NCBI RefSeq assembly: GCF_000372725.1
Contig: NW_005201327.1
Span: forward strand, 15,022-79,021
Direction: 5' to 3'
Source of the DNA: Emiliania huxleyi CCMP1516
Lineage: Eukaryota
Length of the DNA stretch: 64,000 bases
In this document: positions 46,151 through 56,980 of the stretch, in pieces
Layout of the letters: each line of letters begins with the position of its first letter
Numbering within the stretch: position 1 is the stretch's first letter
Made by a program: the position numbers and the translations under genes
The notes under the pieces: generated by a model
Databases searched by the model: none
Told to the model about the DNA's origin: nothing
Seen by the model: the letters and a program-made list of their open reading frames with translations, nothing else

Positions 46151-47947
46151 TCCCGTTTTGCTGTTCACAGCTAGGGACGGCCGTACTTTGCGCGTGCGCG
46201 CGGCCTGGCATGCGCGCGGTCGCCTCGCCCGAGCAAGCAACCGGGGGGGGGGGGGGGGTATGAGCGATAGCCCCGCGAGGTACGAGCGGGGCGGTAGCCT
46301 TTCTTCACATACCGAGCTCAACGGTCACGAGAGAAAACGCGCATGAAAAAAAACACATGGCGCCACCGTGAAACGAGGCGGAGGACGCACGTTTCGTAAA
46401 GTACGTACTTTAGCTACTGGGAGACAAGGGAGAGGGAGGCGCGATTTCTAAAGTACGATCCAGACTGGGCACGCGCCAGACGAGCCAGCCTAACGCTGGT
46501 GGCTCGCGGCGCGCTGGTACCAACAAAAGCGCCCACCATCCATCCCCTGTCACCGCTCTGACTACTGACCGAGCAAAAAAGTACTGCGAGCACTGAATGA
46601 GGTTAAAGGCCTCTCAACCGCACAACCAGCACAGGTGCTCATCGGAGCAGTTGGCAACCTCCGCGAGCGAATAGATAGGTGTGGCAGGCTTTCGGAGCAC
46701 ACCAACAGCCCAGAATCTCTCCCCTAAGGTTCGCCCGCACCGCCCTGATCATCCCCCATTCGGAAAACAAGACCGTGCGGAAACGCACGAACGCCTCTTC
46801 CCGGCTCAACCCTCCCTCCATCTTNNNNNNNNNNNNNNNNNNNNNNNNNNNNNNNNNNNNNNNNNNNNNNNNNNNNNNNNNNNNNNNNNNNNNNNNNNNN
46901 NNNNNNNNNNNNNNNNNNNNNNNNNNNNNNNNNNNNNNNNNNNNNNNNNNNNNNNNNNNNNNNNNNNNNNNNNNNNNNNNNNNNNNNNNNNNNNNNNNNN
47001 NNNNNNNNNNNNNNNNNNNNNNNNNNNNNNNNNNNNNNNNNNNNNNNNNNNNNNNNNNNNNNNNNNNNNNNNNNNNNNNNNNNNNNNNNNNNNNNNNNNN
47101 NNNNNNNNNNNNNNNNNNNNNNNNNNNNNNNNNNNNNNNNNNNNNNNNNNNNNNNNNNNNNNNNNNNNNNNNNNNNNNNNNNNNNNNNNNNNNNNNNNNN
47201 NNNNNNNNNNNNNNNNNNNNNNNNNNNNNNNNNGGGTAGGGTGGGGAAGACGGCGAGGAGGGGGCGGCGGCGGCGGCGGCGGCGGCGGCGCGCGCGCGGC
47301 GCGCGCGACGGGGGGGCGGAGCAGCGACCGCTGGCGCGGTCGCTGCTCCGTCTGTGACAGACGCGCGCTCTGCCGCTGTAGAGCGCGCGCGTCAGGGGCA
47401 AGGGGCATGCGTGGCGGCGCGGGACGCGTGGCGGCGGCGGCGAGCCGCCGAGCGCTCCGTGAGCGGTGAGGCGGCCGGGCGAGGGCGCGGCGGGTGACGG
47501 GTCAAGGGAGCAGCCCACACCCGGCGTCGCTTTTTGAGCGACGCCTGTGGTACGCCTGCGCAGGGGCCGCAGGGCGGTCAGTTGTGGGGCGAGGCGGTGC
47601 CGGCCGCGGGCCGGGTGCAAGGCGCCGGCCTCGGCGCCGCCTCGGCGCGCCGCACCCGTGACGGGTCAAGGGAGCAGCCCACACCCGGCGTCGCTTTTTG
47701 AGCGACGCCTGTGGTACGCCTGCGCAGGGGCCGCAGGGCGGTCAGTTGTGGGGCGAGGCGGTGCCGGCCGCGGGCCGGGTGCAAGGCGCCGGCCTCGGCG
47801 CCGCCTCGGCGCGCCGCACGGGCGCGGCGAGCCTCTGAGCGGGAGCCGAAGGTTTGCCTGTGGGAGGGAGGTGGGAGGTACGGTGGTGGGGGTGATTTGA
47901 CTTTGCCGCAGAGGCCGTCCCTAGCTGTGAACAGCAAAACGGGACAG
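46148..47947. mobile_element. Tc1/mariner-like TIR element with TA target duplication (contains an N-gap)
   Basis: Perfect 35-bp TIR CTGTCCCGTTTTGCTGTTCACAGCTAGGGACGGCC flanked by TA on both sides; internal tandem duplication of about 163 bp at 47494-47819. Confidence 0.85.
46639..46821 (-). pseudogene. DUF4326-like C-terminal fragment
   Basis: SREEAFVRFR..LRGEILGCWCAPKACH, then an apparent frameshift to FAEVAN. The 5' part lies in the gap. Confidence 0.65.
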
Positions 47948-48206
47948 TATCTCTCTCGTCTCGACGCACTCATCAGACACACACAGATCACAGTCGTTTG
48001 TGCCGCGTCCCGTGCCCGCGAGTTCATTTTAATATAACAGTACCCTTTACGGACCCGCCCGATAGCTCCCTCGCAGATTTGTTCTAAGGGGCAGACACAA
48101 ATAAAAAGAAAAACATCCGTCGCGCCCGGGCGAGCCGCCGCCAGCTGAAGTTCTCGCTGTAGAAGAAGAGCACGCGCCGAGATGCGAGCCACCTCGTGAA
48201 AGGCGG

Positions 48207-51200
48207 ATGCCACGTCAGCGGCAGCAGCGCGGTATGATGATCGCCATCCTAGCTGCCTTTGCCACATCAGCAGCAGCACAGACGTGCGAGGCACTCCGAA
48301 CTGAGCAGAGGGCACTCGTCGAGGACGGCAGCGTCGAGGAGGCGCTGAATCTGTGCCATGCCGTGGTTGAAGTATGCCGCCAGGAATGGTGCGAGTACGC
48401 GGGTGAGGTGGACCTACAGGCGTTCTCCAACGGCGAGATGCGCGTGCGTTTGCACGAGGCGGTCTCCGCCGACATGGACGCCACCTTCCTCCCCTGCCGT
48501 GTCCGAGACCGTTGGAGCATCCCAACAGCGGACCGGTTGTGGGTGCACGGCTTCATTTTGGACGGCACCTTCATTGTAGTCAGTCACGGCGCGGCTGGAA
48601 CAGGAACGCGGCTGATGTCCGTTTCGTCGTCAGCGGTTGCTGGCCGTCGCGTGCAGCAGGAGCCGACGTATACTCGCGGCCTCAAGAGCATGCTGGTGAT
48701 TCCAGCCTGTCCCGCCGCCGGGTGCTCGTTTGACATTACCGGCTACGATGGCGACGTTGTCAAATATCTAAAGGCTGTCGTCGACTTTGCCAATGGCCAT
48801 CTTTTTGACGCCTCGTGGGGGCTGCTGCAATTCGATGCGACAATCGTGCAGCCCGTCCTGCTCGCGGGGTACTCGCAGGCCGACTGCAGGAAGTGGGACA
48901 CCAATCGCGACGGACCGCTGGGCTACAGCACCTTCCAGGCTGACCCGTCGGCGCTCGACATGCGGGCGTTTGCGCAAGTCGAGCAGGACTACGGCCTCGA
49001 CTTCACAGACTACGACTTTTACGCTGTGGTGATGCCCTACTGCAGCGCGATAGGTTGGTCTGGCATCGGATGGGTAGGCCAGCCGGGCTTCGTGCTGAAC
49101 CTACGGCGGGGGAGCTCTTCGAATCTCGATCCGGCCTTCGTTCACGAGCTGGGTCATAATCTCGGCCTCAATCACGGCGCCCGCTTCACCGGCGGGGCGC
49201 GTGGCCGAGAGATCGCAGAGACGACCTTTGCGGACAATGACTTCGAGCAAACGCCGGGGGGGTACTCCGAGTACGGGTCGGCAGTCACGGTGATGGGTCG
49301 CGGCCGCACTCCCGACGCGCACTACCTGCTGCCGGCGAAGCTCATCCTCGACTGGACACCGCCAGACTCGATCGTCGAGGTCAACCTGCCGGGAGCTTGC
49401 ACGCCGTGCGGCCCCTACCTCCTTCAGCCGACCGACAGCGGCGTCCTCGGCCCGTCCCCGACGCTGGGACTGCGCATTGCGACCGAGATCTCGAGCCGGT
49501 ACTTTTGGGTCGAGCAGCGCGAACTCCTCCCCGGCGGGCCTGCCATCGTCATAGCGTCCGCCTCCTTCTCATCCACCGCCGGTGGGGGCGGCATTGTGGG
49601 GCTGAGCACGATGGTGGACACGTTGCAAGGCTCGGCGAGCGGCGCGCAGCCCGCCGTAGGCCCTGGCAGCTCCGTCCAGCTGGACCTGAGCGCTGAGGGT
49701 GGCGCGTGGCCCCTCTCTGTGCAAGTTGGCAGCCGCTCGGCAGGCGGCTTGCTCGAGGTGACCCTCTCCTCTACCCCTCTGCCGCCGAGCCCTCCTCCGC
49801 CGCCGTGTCCTTTGGGATGCGGCTGTGGGTGCGCGGCCGGGCCCTGCGCAAAGCAGCTGAGCTTCAAGAACTCGAACTTCGAGCTGATTGAGGGCGAGGG
49901 AGGCTGCTGCAGCGGCCGATGTTCCTACTGTCGCCGCAGCGCCGGCTCTTGCGACCGCTACCTCCACTACTTCCCCGGCGACGTCTATGAACACACACCC
50001 GCAAGCACCGCGCCCTGCTTCACCGGTGGACGCCACCCCACCTGATCTCCCCAGCGTGGCGCCCTCCCCTCCTCACGCCACGGCTGCGTTGCGCAACGCA
50101 GGAGGCCGCTACTCGTACTACCCCGGTCTCGGCGGAACGGTGGCTGAGCTGGAGGAGGCGGGTATGGTGTGTGCTGCAACGATCCCGGTGCCCGCCCCGT
50201 CGCCGCCCTCTCCGCCGCCCTCTCCGCCGCCCTCTCCGCCGCCCTCTCCGCCGCCCTCTCCGCCGCCCTCTCCGCCGCCCTCTCCGCCGCCCTCTCCGCC
50301 GCCCTCTCCGCCGCCCTCTCCGCCGTCCTCTCCGCCGTCCCCCTCCCCACAGCCACCACCGCAGCCGCCAACGCCATCGCCGCCGCCAGTGCCACCGCCG
50401 CCAGTGCCACCGCCGCCCGTGCCACCGCCGCAGTCGTTGCCAGCGCCCCCGCGACCTCCGTTGCCGCACCCAACGCGACCGGAGCTCTCCCCACCTCCAA
50501 GCGCTCCTCGGCCGTGGCCGCCGCCGCCGCACGTGCACTCTGCGCCGCTGCCGTCGCCTCCAACCTCACCAACACCTCCTTCGACACAGGACCCGGGGCT
50601 GCTGCCGTCGCCGCCTCCGCCTCCGCCCCCTACGTCGAGCTCGTCGCCACCTTCAACCTCGCCGTTCCCACCCCCCGCATCGTCGCCTCAGCCTCCTCCT
50701 CAACCTCCGCCTCCACCGCCGCCACCGCTTCGGTCGCCGCCGCCGCCGCCGCCAGCGCCGCCAGAGCCGTCACCGCCATCGCCACCGCTCTCGCCGCCGT
50801 CGCCGCCGCCGCCGCCGTCGCCTCCGAAGCCGTCGCCGTCGCCTCCAGCGCTGTCGCCGCCCCCCTCCCTCTTCCCGCCGCCATGGATCGTGACGCTCTT
50901 GTTCCGGCTCGCGGGTCGCATCTCCGACTTCGCGCCTCCGCAGCGGGAGGCGATCCGCCGCGCCATCGCTGAGAAGGCCGGCGTGGACGCCGCCGCCGTC
51001 TCCGTCGCCCTTGGGGGCGGCGCCGAGCGCGAAGGAGCCGCGGAGGTGACGGCGGCGGTGAGCGTCGATGTTGTCGACGAGGCTGCAGCGGAACGCGTGC
51101 GTGAGGCCCTCTCCGACATCGCCACCAGCCCAGCGGCGCTGCAGTCCTTTCTCGAAAACGCGATGGGGGAGGCAGCGGGCGTCCTCGGGACGCCGACTCT

Positions 51201-51432
51201 CGCTGCCAGCCCGCAGGCTCCTCAGGCGGTTGAGGACGAGGCGGCAACCTCTGACCGAATCGTGCTCTTGGTGGTGGCCAGTCTCAGTGCGGCCCTGGCT
51301 TGCCTCCTCGGCATCAGCTGCATCTTCTGTGTCCTCCGCCGCCGGCAACTCGACGCGGCGATCGGCCCGAAGGGTGGCGTCGCAGCCTCCACGGTGGTCA
51401 AGGGCGGGCAAGAGTACAACCACAACATCTGA
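48207..51432 (+). CDS. Membrane-anchored gametolysin/M11-type metalloprotease with Pro-rich stalk (intron near 50025-50090)
   Basis: Signal peptide; HELGHNLGLNH zinc motif; EYGSAVTVMG Met-turn; Cys-rich segment; (SPPP)n; C-terminal TM followed by RRR. Confidence 0.8.
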
Positions 51433-51767
51433 GGCGCGACGTACGCGGCGCAGGCTCTATATAAGGAAGAGGGAGAGCTACACACGGAGATCTTTCCAGT
51501 TTGAGTAGGACGAGCAGCTGAGGACGAGTGTCGATTGAGTGGAACTTCGCCGCTCGCCCCGGGCTCTGCGTGTGGCACGACGCCTGCGCGGGTGTCAGTG
51601 GAGTTGCCTGATAAAGTAGTTCATTAAGCGTAAGTTCAGTAATTCACGAGCGTCTTGAAGTTGATAATCGCTGATATCTTTTCAGAGGACAGCACACACA
51701 CCGCGCCGCGGCGCGCGCACGCCCGAGAGTGCACACGAGACACCGACGTGCGCGCGCGCCGGCGCAT

Positions 51768-51911
<144 letters not shown>

Positions 51912-52177
51912 GTGTGTGAATCTCTGTGTGTGAGAGAGAGAGTGAGTGTGTGCGTGCGTGTATGTGTGAGTGTGTGTGTAGGACAGCTTCTTATTAAAAA
52001 AGCTAAAAAGGAAGAACTGCCGTTGCACGCATTGGACGCCGTGTCTCCAAGTGCCATCCCTCCCTTGCAAAAATCTCTTCCATCCCGGATGCGCCTCTCG
52101 CCACTCTCGGATACCTTGGCGAACAGGCGCGTGGGCGACGCGGCTACACAGAGCCTTGCACCCTTTCGCCCTTCTCA

Positions 52178-53617
52178 TCACTGCCCCGGCGCCCACGCCT
52201 CGACCTTCTTGGGCAGCAGCTGGTTCGACAGGTCCTCTCCGTGGCCTAGGCAGCCGGTGCCACCCTGACCCCAGGTAAAGACGGCGCCGTCGGCGGTGAG
52301 GGCGAGGCTGTGGCCCTGGCCAGCCGACACAGCGATGACGCGCTGGCCAGCAAAGGCCTCGATCTTCTTGGGCAGCAGCTGGTCCTGCTCGTCGCCGTGG
52401 CCCAGCTTGCCTTGGCCTCCACGGCCCCAGCTCCAGACAGCTCCGTCGGCGGTGAGGGCGATGCTGTGGTCGGGTCCAGCCGACACAGCGATGACGCGCT
52501 CACCAGCCAAGGCCTCGATCTTCTTGGGCAGCAGCTGCTGCTGCAGGTCGCCGTGGCCCAGCCGGCCCCCGCCTCCATAGCCCCAGCTCCAGACAGCTCC
52601 GTCGGCGGTGAGGGCGATGCTGTGGTGCAGTCCTGCCGACACAGCGACGACGCGCTGGCCAGCTAAGGCCTCGACCTGCTTGGGCAGCAGCTGGTTCTGC
52701 TGGTCGCCGTGGCCCAACCGGCCAAAGCCTCCATAGCCCCAGCTCCAGACGCTGCCGTCGGCGGTGATCGCGAGGCTGTGCGCGGCTCCAGCCGACACAG
52801 CGACGACGCGCTGCCCAGCGAAGGCCGCGACCTCCTTGGGCAGCAGCTGGTTCTGCCGGTCGCCGTGGCCCAACTGGCCGTAGCCTCCAACGCCCCAGGT
52901 CCAGACAGTGCTGTCGGCGGTAAGGGCGAGGCTATGCGCAGCTCCCGCCGACACAGCGACGACGTGCTGACCAGCAAAGGCCTCGACCTTCTTGGGCAGC
53001 AGCTGGCTCTGCTCGTCGCCGTGGCCCAACTTGCCCTCGCCCCAGCTCCAGACACTGCCGTCGGCGGTGAGGGCGAGGCTATGCGCAGCTCCCGCCGACA
53101 CACTCACGGCACGCTCGCCACCCAGCGCCGACGAGAGGCGGGTCGGCGTGTTGAGCCGCCTCACGCCCTCGCCGTGGCCAAGCAGTCCGGGGATTGGCCT
53201 GTCCCAAGGTGGCCTGTAATTGCCGCACGACGAGAGCCGCCCCTCGCCGTCAATGAAAAGGCTGTGCTGCCAGCCTGCCGCCGCCCTCGCCGGCGGGTTG
53301 GACTCGCGCAGCAGCGCAGCGAAGCACAGCCACCGCACGGCGCAGCCCTCGCCCTCTGGCTGCGCCGGCAGCTCGAAGCCGCGCTCTTGCGCCCACAAGC
53401 GGATGGCCTCCACCGCAAGCGAGGCGTGGAAGAGCAGCGAGACGGCCGCGACGCGAGCGATGTCGGCGGGGCTGTAGCAGTGAGAGAGGGCGCGCAGGAG
53501 GAGCTCCGTGGGGAGGTCGAGGAGGCGGGTGGGCGGCGGCGTGTCTGGCGAGGGATCGGCTGCGGTGTCGGCGGCGGCGCTGTGGCGAGGCGGCGGGAGC
53601 GGCGCGGTGTCGGACAT
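52178..53617 (-). CDS. F-box + 7 RCC1-repeat protein (copy 3, intact, 479 aa)
   Basis: ATG at 53617 ([26 protein letters not shown]); seven RCC1 blades; shares about 130 bp of 3' flank with copy 1. Confidence 0.9.
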   Translation of the reverse strand: MSDTAPLPPPRHSAAADTAADPSPDTPPPTRLLDLPTELLLRALSHCYSPADIARVAAVSLLFHASLAVEAIRLWAQERGFELPAQPEGEGCAVRWLCFAALLRESNPPARAAAGWQHSLFIDGEGRLSSCGNYRPPWDRPIPGLLGHGEGVRRLNTPTRLSSALGGERAVSVSAGAAHSLALTADGSVWSWGEGKLGHGDEQSQLLPKKVEAFAGQHVVAVSAGAAHSLALTADSTVWTWGVGGYGQLGHGDRQNQLLPKEVAAFAGQRVVAVSAGAAHSLAITADGSVWSWGYGGFGRLGHGDQQNQLLPKQVEALAGQRVVAVSAGLHHSIALTADGAVWSWGYGGGGRLGHGDLQQQLLPKKIEALAGERVIAVSAGPDHSIALTADGAVWSWGRGGQGKLGHGDEQDQLLPKKIEAFAGQRVIAVSAGQGHSLALTADGAVFTWGQGGTGCLGHGEDLSNQLLPKKVEAWAPGQ

Positions 53618-54130
53618 CGTAAAAAGAAGAATTTTCGATGTGGCGGCCCGCTCGGTGGGCTGTGACGGCTGTCTGTTTACAGCTCCGAGCACGCTCGCTC
53701 GCCGCTGGGCGGCGCGCTGCCACACTGCGTCGGCAAAACGCGACGCAGGAGCTCGCTCGCTGCTGCTGCGGCGGCGGCAGCGACGGCGACTGCCGGCTGC
53801 CGGCTCCCGGCCGCCGGCTGCCGGCTGCCGGCGGCCGGCTGCTGCCGACGGCTGCGGCGAACGGCGACGGCTCGACTGGCGCTCGCTCCGCGAGGGTGCG
53901 ACTGAGCCTGCCGCGCTCGATCTGGGAGCCACTCGGCGCCAGTTCGAGCGGCGGTCGGCTCGGCCACTGCGGGTGCGACGCATGATAGAGCATGCTGGGC
54001 GCTGCGTCATGTACTTACCGCTCCACGCCAAGGCGCGGGGCGGCGGTGCTCGCCGGCGCTCGCGGCGCTTCGGTGCTCGGGCGCGCTCGCCATTGTGGTC
54101 GTTCAGGGCGGGTCGCACAGCACACGCACA

Positions 54131-54192
<62 letters not shown>

Positions 54193-55414
54193 CATGCACA
54201 GACACACAGCCCATTCCCCTTCCCCCGCAAGACATCAAGGACGAGGACACGACACAGGACGCACCTCTAGTGAGGCCCGCATAGTAATGTGGGTGACTCC
54301 TGCCGCCGCCCCTGCCACCCCTGTGTCAGTGTGCCTGTGGTAGTGAGAGACTGCCAGCGGGAAGCTGGAGGCAGGTCACTAGACTGAGATGAGACCGCCA
54401 GTGGAGTTGGGAGCCCACCGTGCACCGCGCTGCGAGCCTGTCTGTCTTGTCGTGCGTGTCCCTTGTAGGAGCAGGAGAGGAGGAGAGCCCCACCTGTGCC
54501 CCTGTGATCGTCCTTCCAAAATCCTGGCTCGTGCAGNNNNNNNNNNNNNNNNNNNNNNNNNNNNNNNNNNNNNNNNNNNNNNNNNNNNNNNNNNNNNNNN
54601 NNNNNNNNNNNNNNNNNNNNNNNNNNNNNNNNNNNNNNNNNNNNNNNNNNNNNNNNNNNNNNNNNNNNNNNNNNNNNNNNNNNNNNNNNNNNNNNNNNNN
54701 NNNNNNNNNNNNNNNNNNNNNNNNNNNNNNNNNNNNNNNNNNNNNNNNNNNNNNNNNNNNNNNNNNNNNNNNNNNNNNNNNNNNNNNNNNNNNNNNNNNN
54801 NNNNNNNNNNNNNNNNNNNNNNNNNNNNNNNNNNNNNNNNNNNNNNNNNNNNNNNNNNNNNNNNNNNNNNNNNNNNNNNNNNNNNNNNNNNNNNNNNNNN
54901 NNNNNNNNNNNNNNNNNNNNNNNNNNNNNNNNNNNNNNNNNNNNNNNNNNNNNNNNNNNNNNNNNNNNNNNNNNNNNNNNNNNNNNNNNNNNNNNNNNNN
55001 NNNNNNNNNNNNNNNNNNNNNNNNNNNNNNNNNNNNNNNNNNNNNNNNNNNNNNNNNNNNNNNNNNNNNNNNNNNNNNNNNNNNNNNNNNNNNNNNNNNN
55101 NNNNNNNNNNNNNNNNNNNNNNNNNNNNNNNNNNNNNNNNNNNNNNNNNNNNNNNNNNNNNNNNNNNNNNNNNNNNNNNNNNNNNNNNNNNNNNNNNNNN
55201 NNNNNNNNNNNNNNNNNNNNNNNNNNNNNNNNNNNNNNNNNNNNNNNNNNNNNNNNNNNNNNNNNNNNNNNNNNNNNNNNNNNNNNNNNNNNNNNNNNNN
55301 NNNNNNNNNNNNNNNNNNNNNNNNNNNNNNNNNNNNNNNNNNNNNNNNNNNNNNNNNNNNNNNNNNNNNNNNNNNNNNNNNNNNNNNNNNNNNNNNNNNN
55401 NNNNNNNNNNNNNN

Positions 55415-55881
55415 GCGTGGCGCGAGGCTGCGCGAGGGCGGCGGCTGGCCGACCGCACACGAGTTCGCGCTCACCGACTCTTCTGGGCGGCGCATGTTTG
55501 CCGTCTGCCTCACGGTCTGGGAGCCGCTCGGTGGCGACCTCGTCCTCTACCCAGACGGCGTGGCAGAGCAAGGCGCCGCCGCCCCGTCCTTCGCGCCGCC
55601 GCAGCCGTGCAGCCCGCGCGAGGCGGCGGCGCGGAGCACGCCCATCGGCACCGCCCTCGAGGCGATCGACAGGCCGACGGCGTGCGCCGGCGCGCGGCCC
55701 GGCGGCCCGCGCCCGCCCGCCGTCTCGACGGCCGACGCGGCGGGCGCGGGCGGCTGCTGGTCCCGGAGACGGGACGGCGGCGCGCCGCCGCGGCTAGCGG
55801 TAGGTGCGTCGCCCGACGCGGCGCCGCCCAAGGCCGCGCTCGAGGCTGCGCCGACGCACGCCGGCGCGACCGGCGGGACCC

Positions 55882-55957
<76 letters not shown>

Positions 55958-56940
55958 GTGCGGGTCTGTGCGCGTGGCGGACGCCGCAGAGCACCAGATC
56001 GACGCCGCACTACTCAGCGCGTTCGGGTCGGGAGGCGCTGTGCTGTGGAGGCCGTCGGAGGGCGGCGGCGGCGGCGGCGGCGGCGGCGGGGTCGCGCTTC
56101 CGCCCGCGGCGGGCAAGGCTGCCCCGGCGGCGGTGCGGTGCGGCTCTGCGCTCGGCGAGAAACAGCTGCACGCGCCGACTTGCTTGTGCGTCCTCTCCCC
56201 GGCGCCCTTCTTCCGCGCGCTGCGCAAGTGGGTCTGCATGCTGTACCGCCACTCGCTCACTGCGAGCAGCGAGCCGGTCGAGGCGCTCGTGTCGTCCCTG
56301 CTGTGGGAGGCGCCCATGCCCGCGCCGGGCCACATCTCCGTCCAGCTCGGCCTCGGGGGCGAGCAGATGACGTTCGAGCGGCCAGACCTCTCCCGCGAGC
56401 TCCCCGAGCCGCCGCTGCCGCTGGGCGCCCTCCTGCACGCCCTCGAGCCGAGGCAGGTCCTCTCCCTCTTCCGGGGCGCTCTCTTCGAGCACCGCGTCCT
56501 CTTCGTCGCCTCCAACCTCTCGCAGCTCACCGCCGCCGCCGAGGCACTCCTCTCGCTGCTGTGGCCGCTGCGGTGGCAGGGCATCTACATCCCGCTGCTG
56601 CCAGGCTTGCTCGTGGAGGTGCTACAGTCGCCCGTCCCTTTCGTCATCGGCATCCACGCCTCCACCTTCGCCTCGGCCTGCCGCGCGCTGCCGCCGGTGC
56701 TGCCGCCCGATGCCTTCGTCGCAAACTTGGACGAGGGCACGCTCCTCGTCCCGCCGCTCGACGAGCAGCTGCCGCCGCTCCCGCACTCCACCGTGCTGCT
56801 CGCGGCGCTGGAGACCTTCCGCTCGCGCCCCGACGAGCAGTACACGGCGCCGCGTCCGCAAAGCCGCGCGGGCGGCGGCGGGAGCGGCGCAGGCGGCGGC
56901 GGCGGAGGCGGAGGCGGCGGCGGATGCGCTGGTGGTGGTA

Positions 56941-56980
<40 letters not shown>

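Noticed and set aside
53618..54250. N-terminal extension of the 690-aa RCC1 ORF
   Set aside because: It includes a microsatellite, and paralogue alignment places the start at 53617.
54389..55414. ORFs spanning N-runs (also 42102-43442, 46679-47620, 58218-60095)
   Set aside because: Artefacts of assembly gaps.
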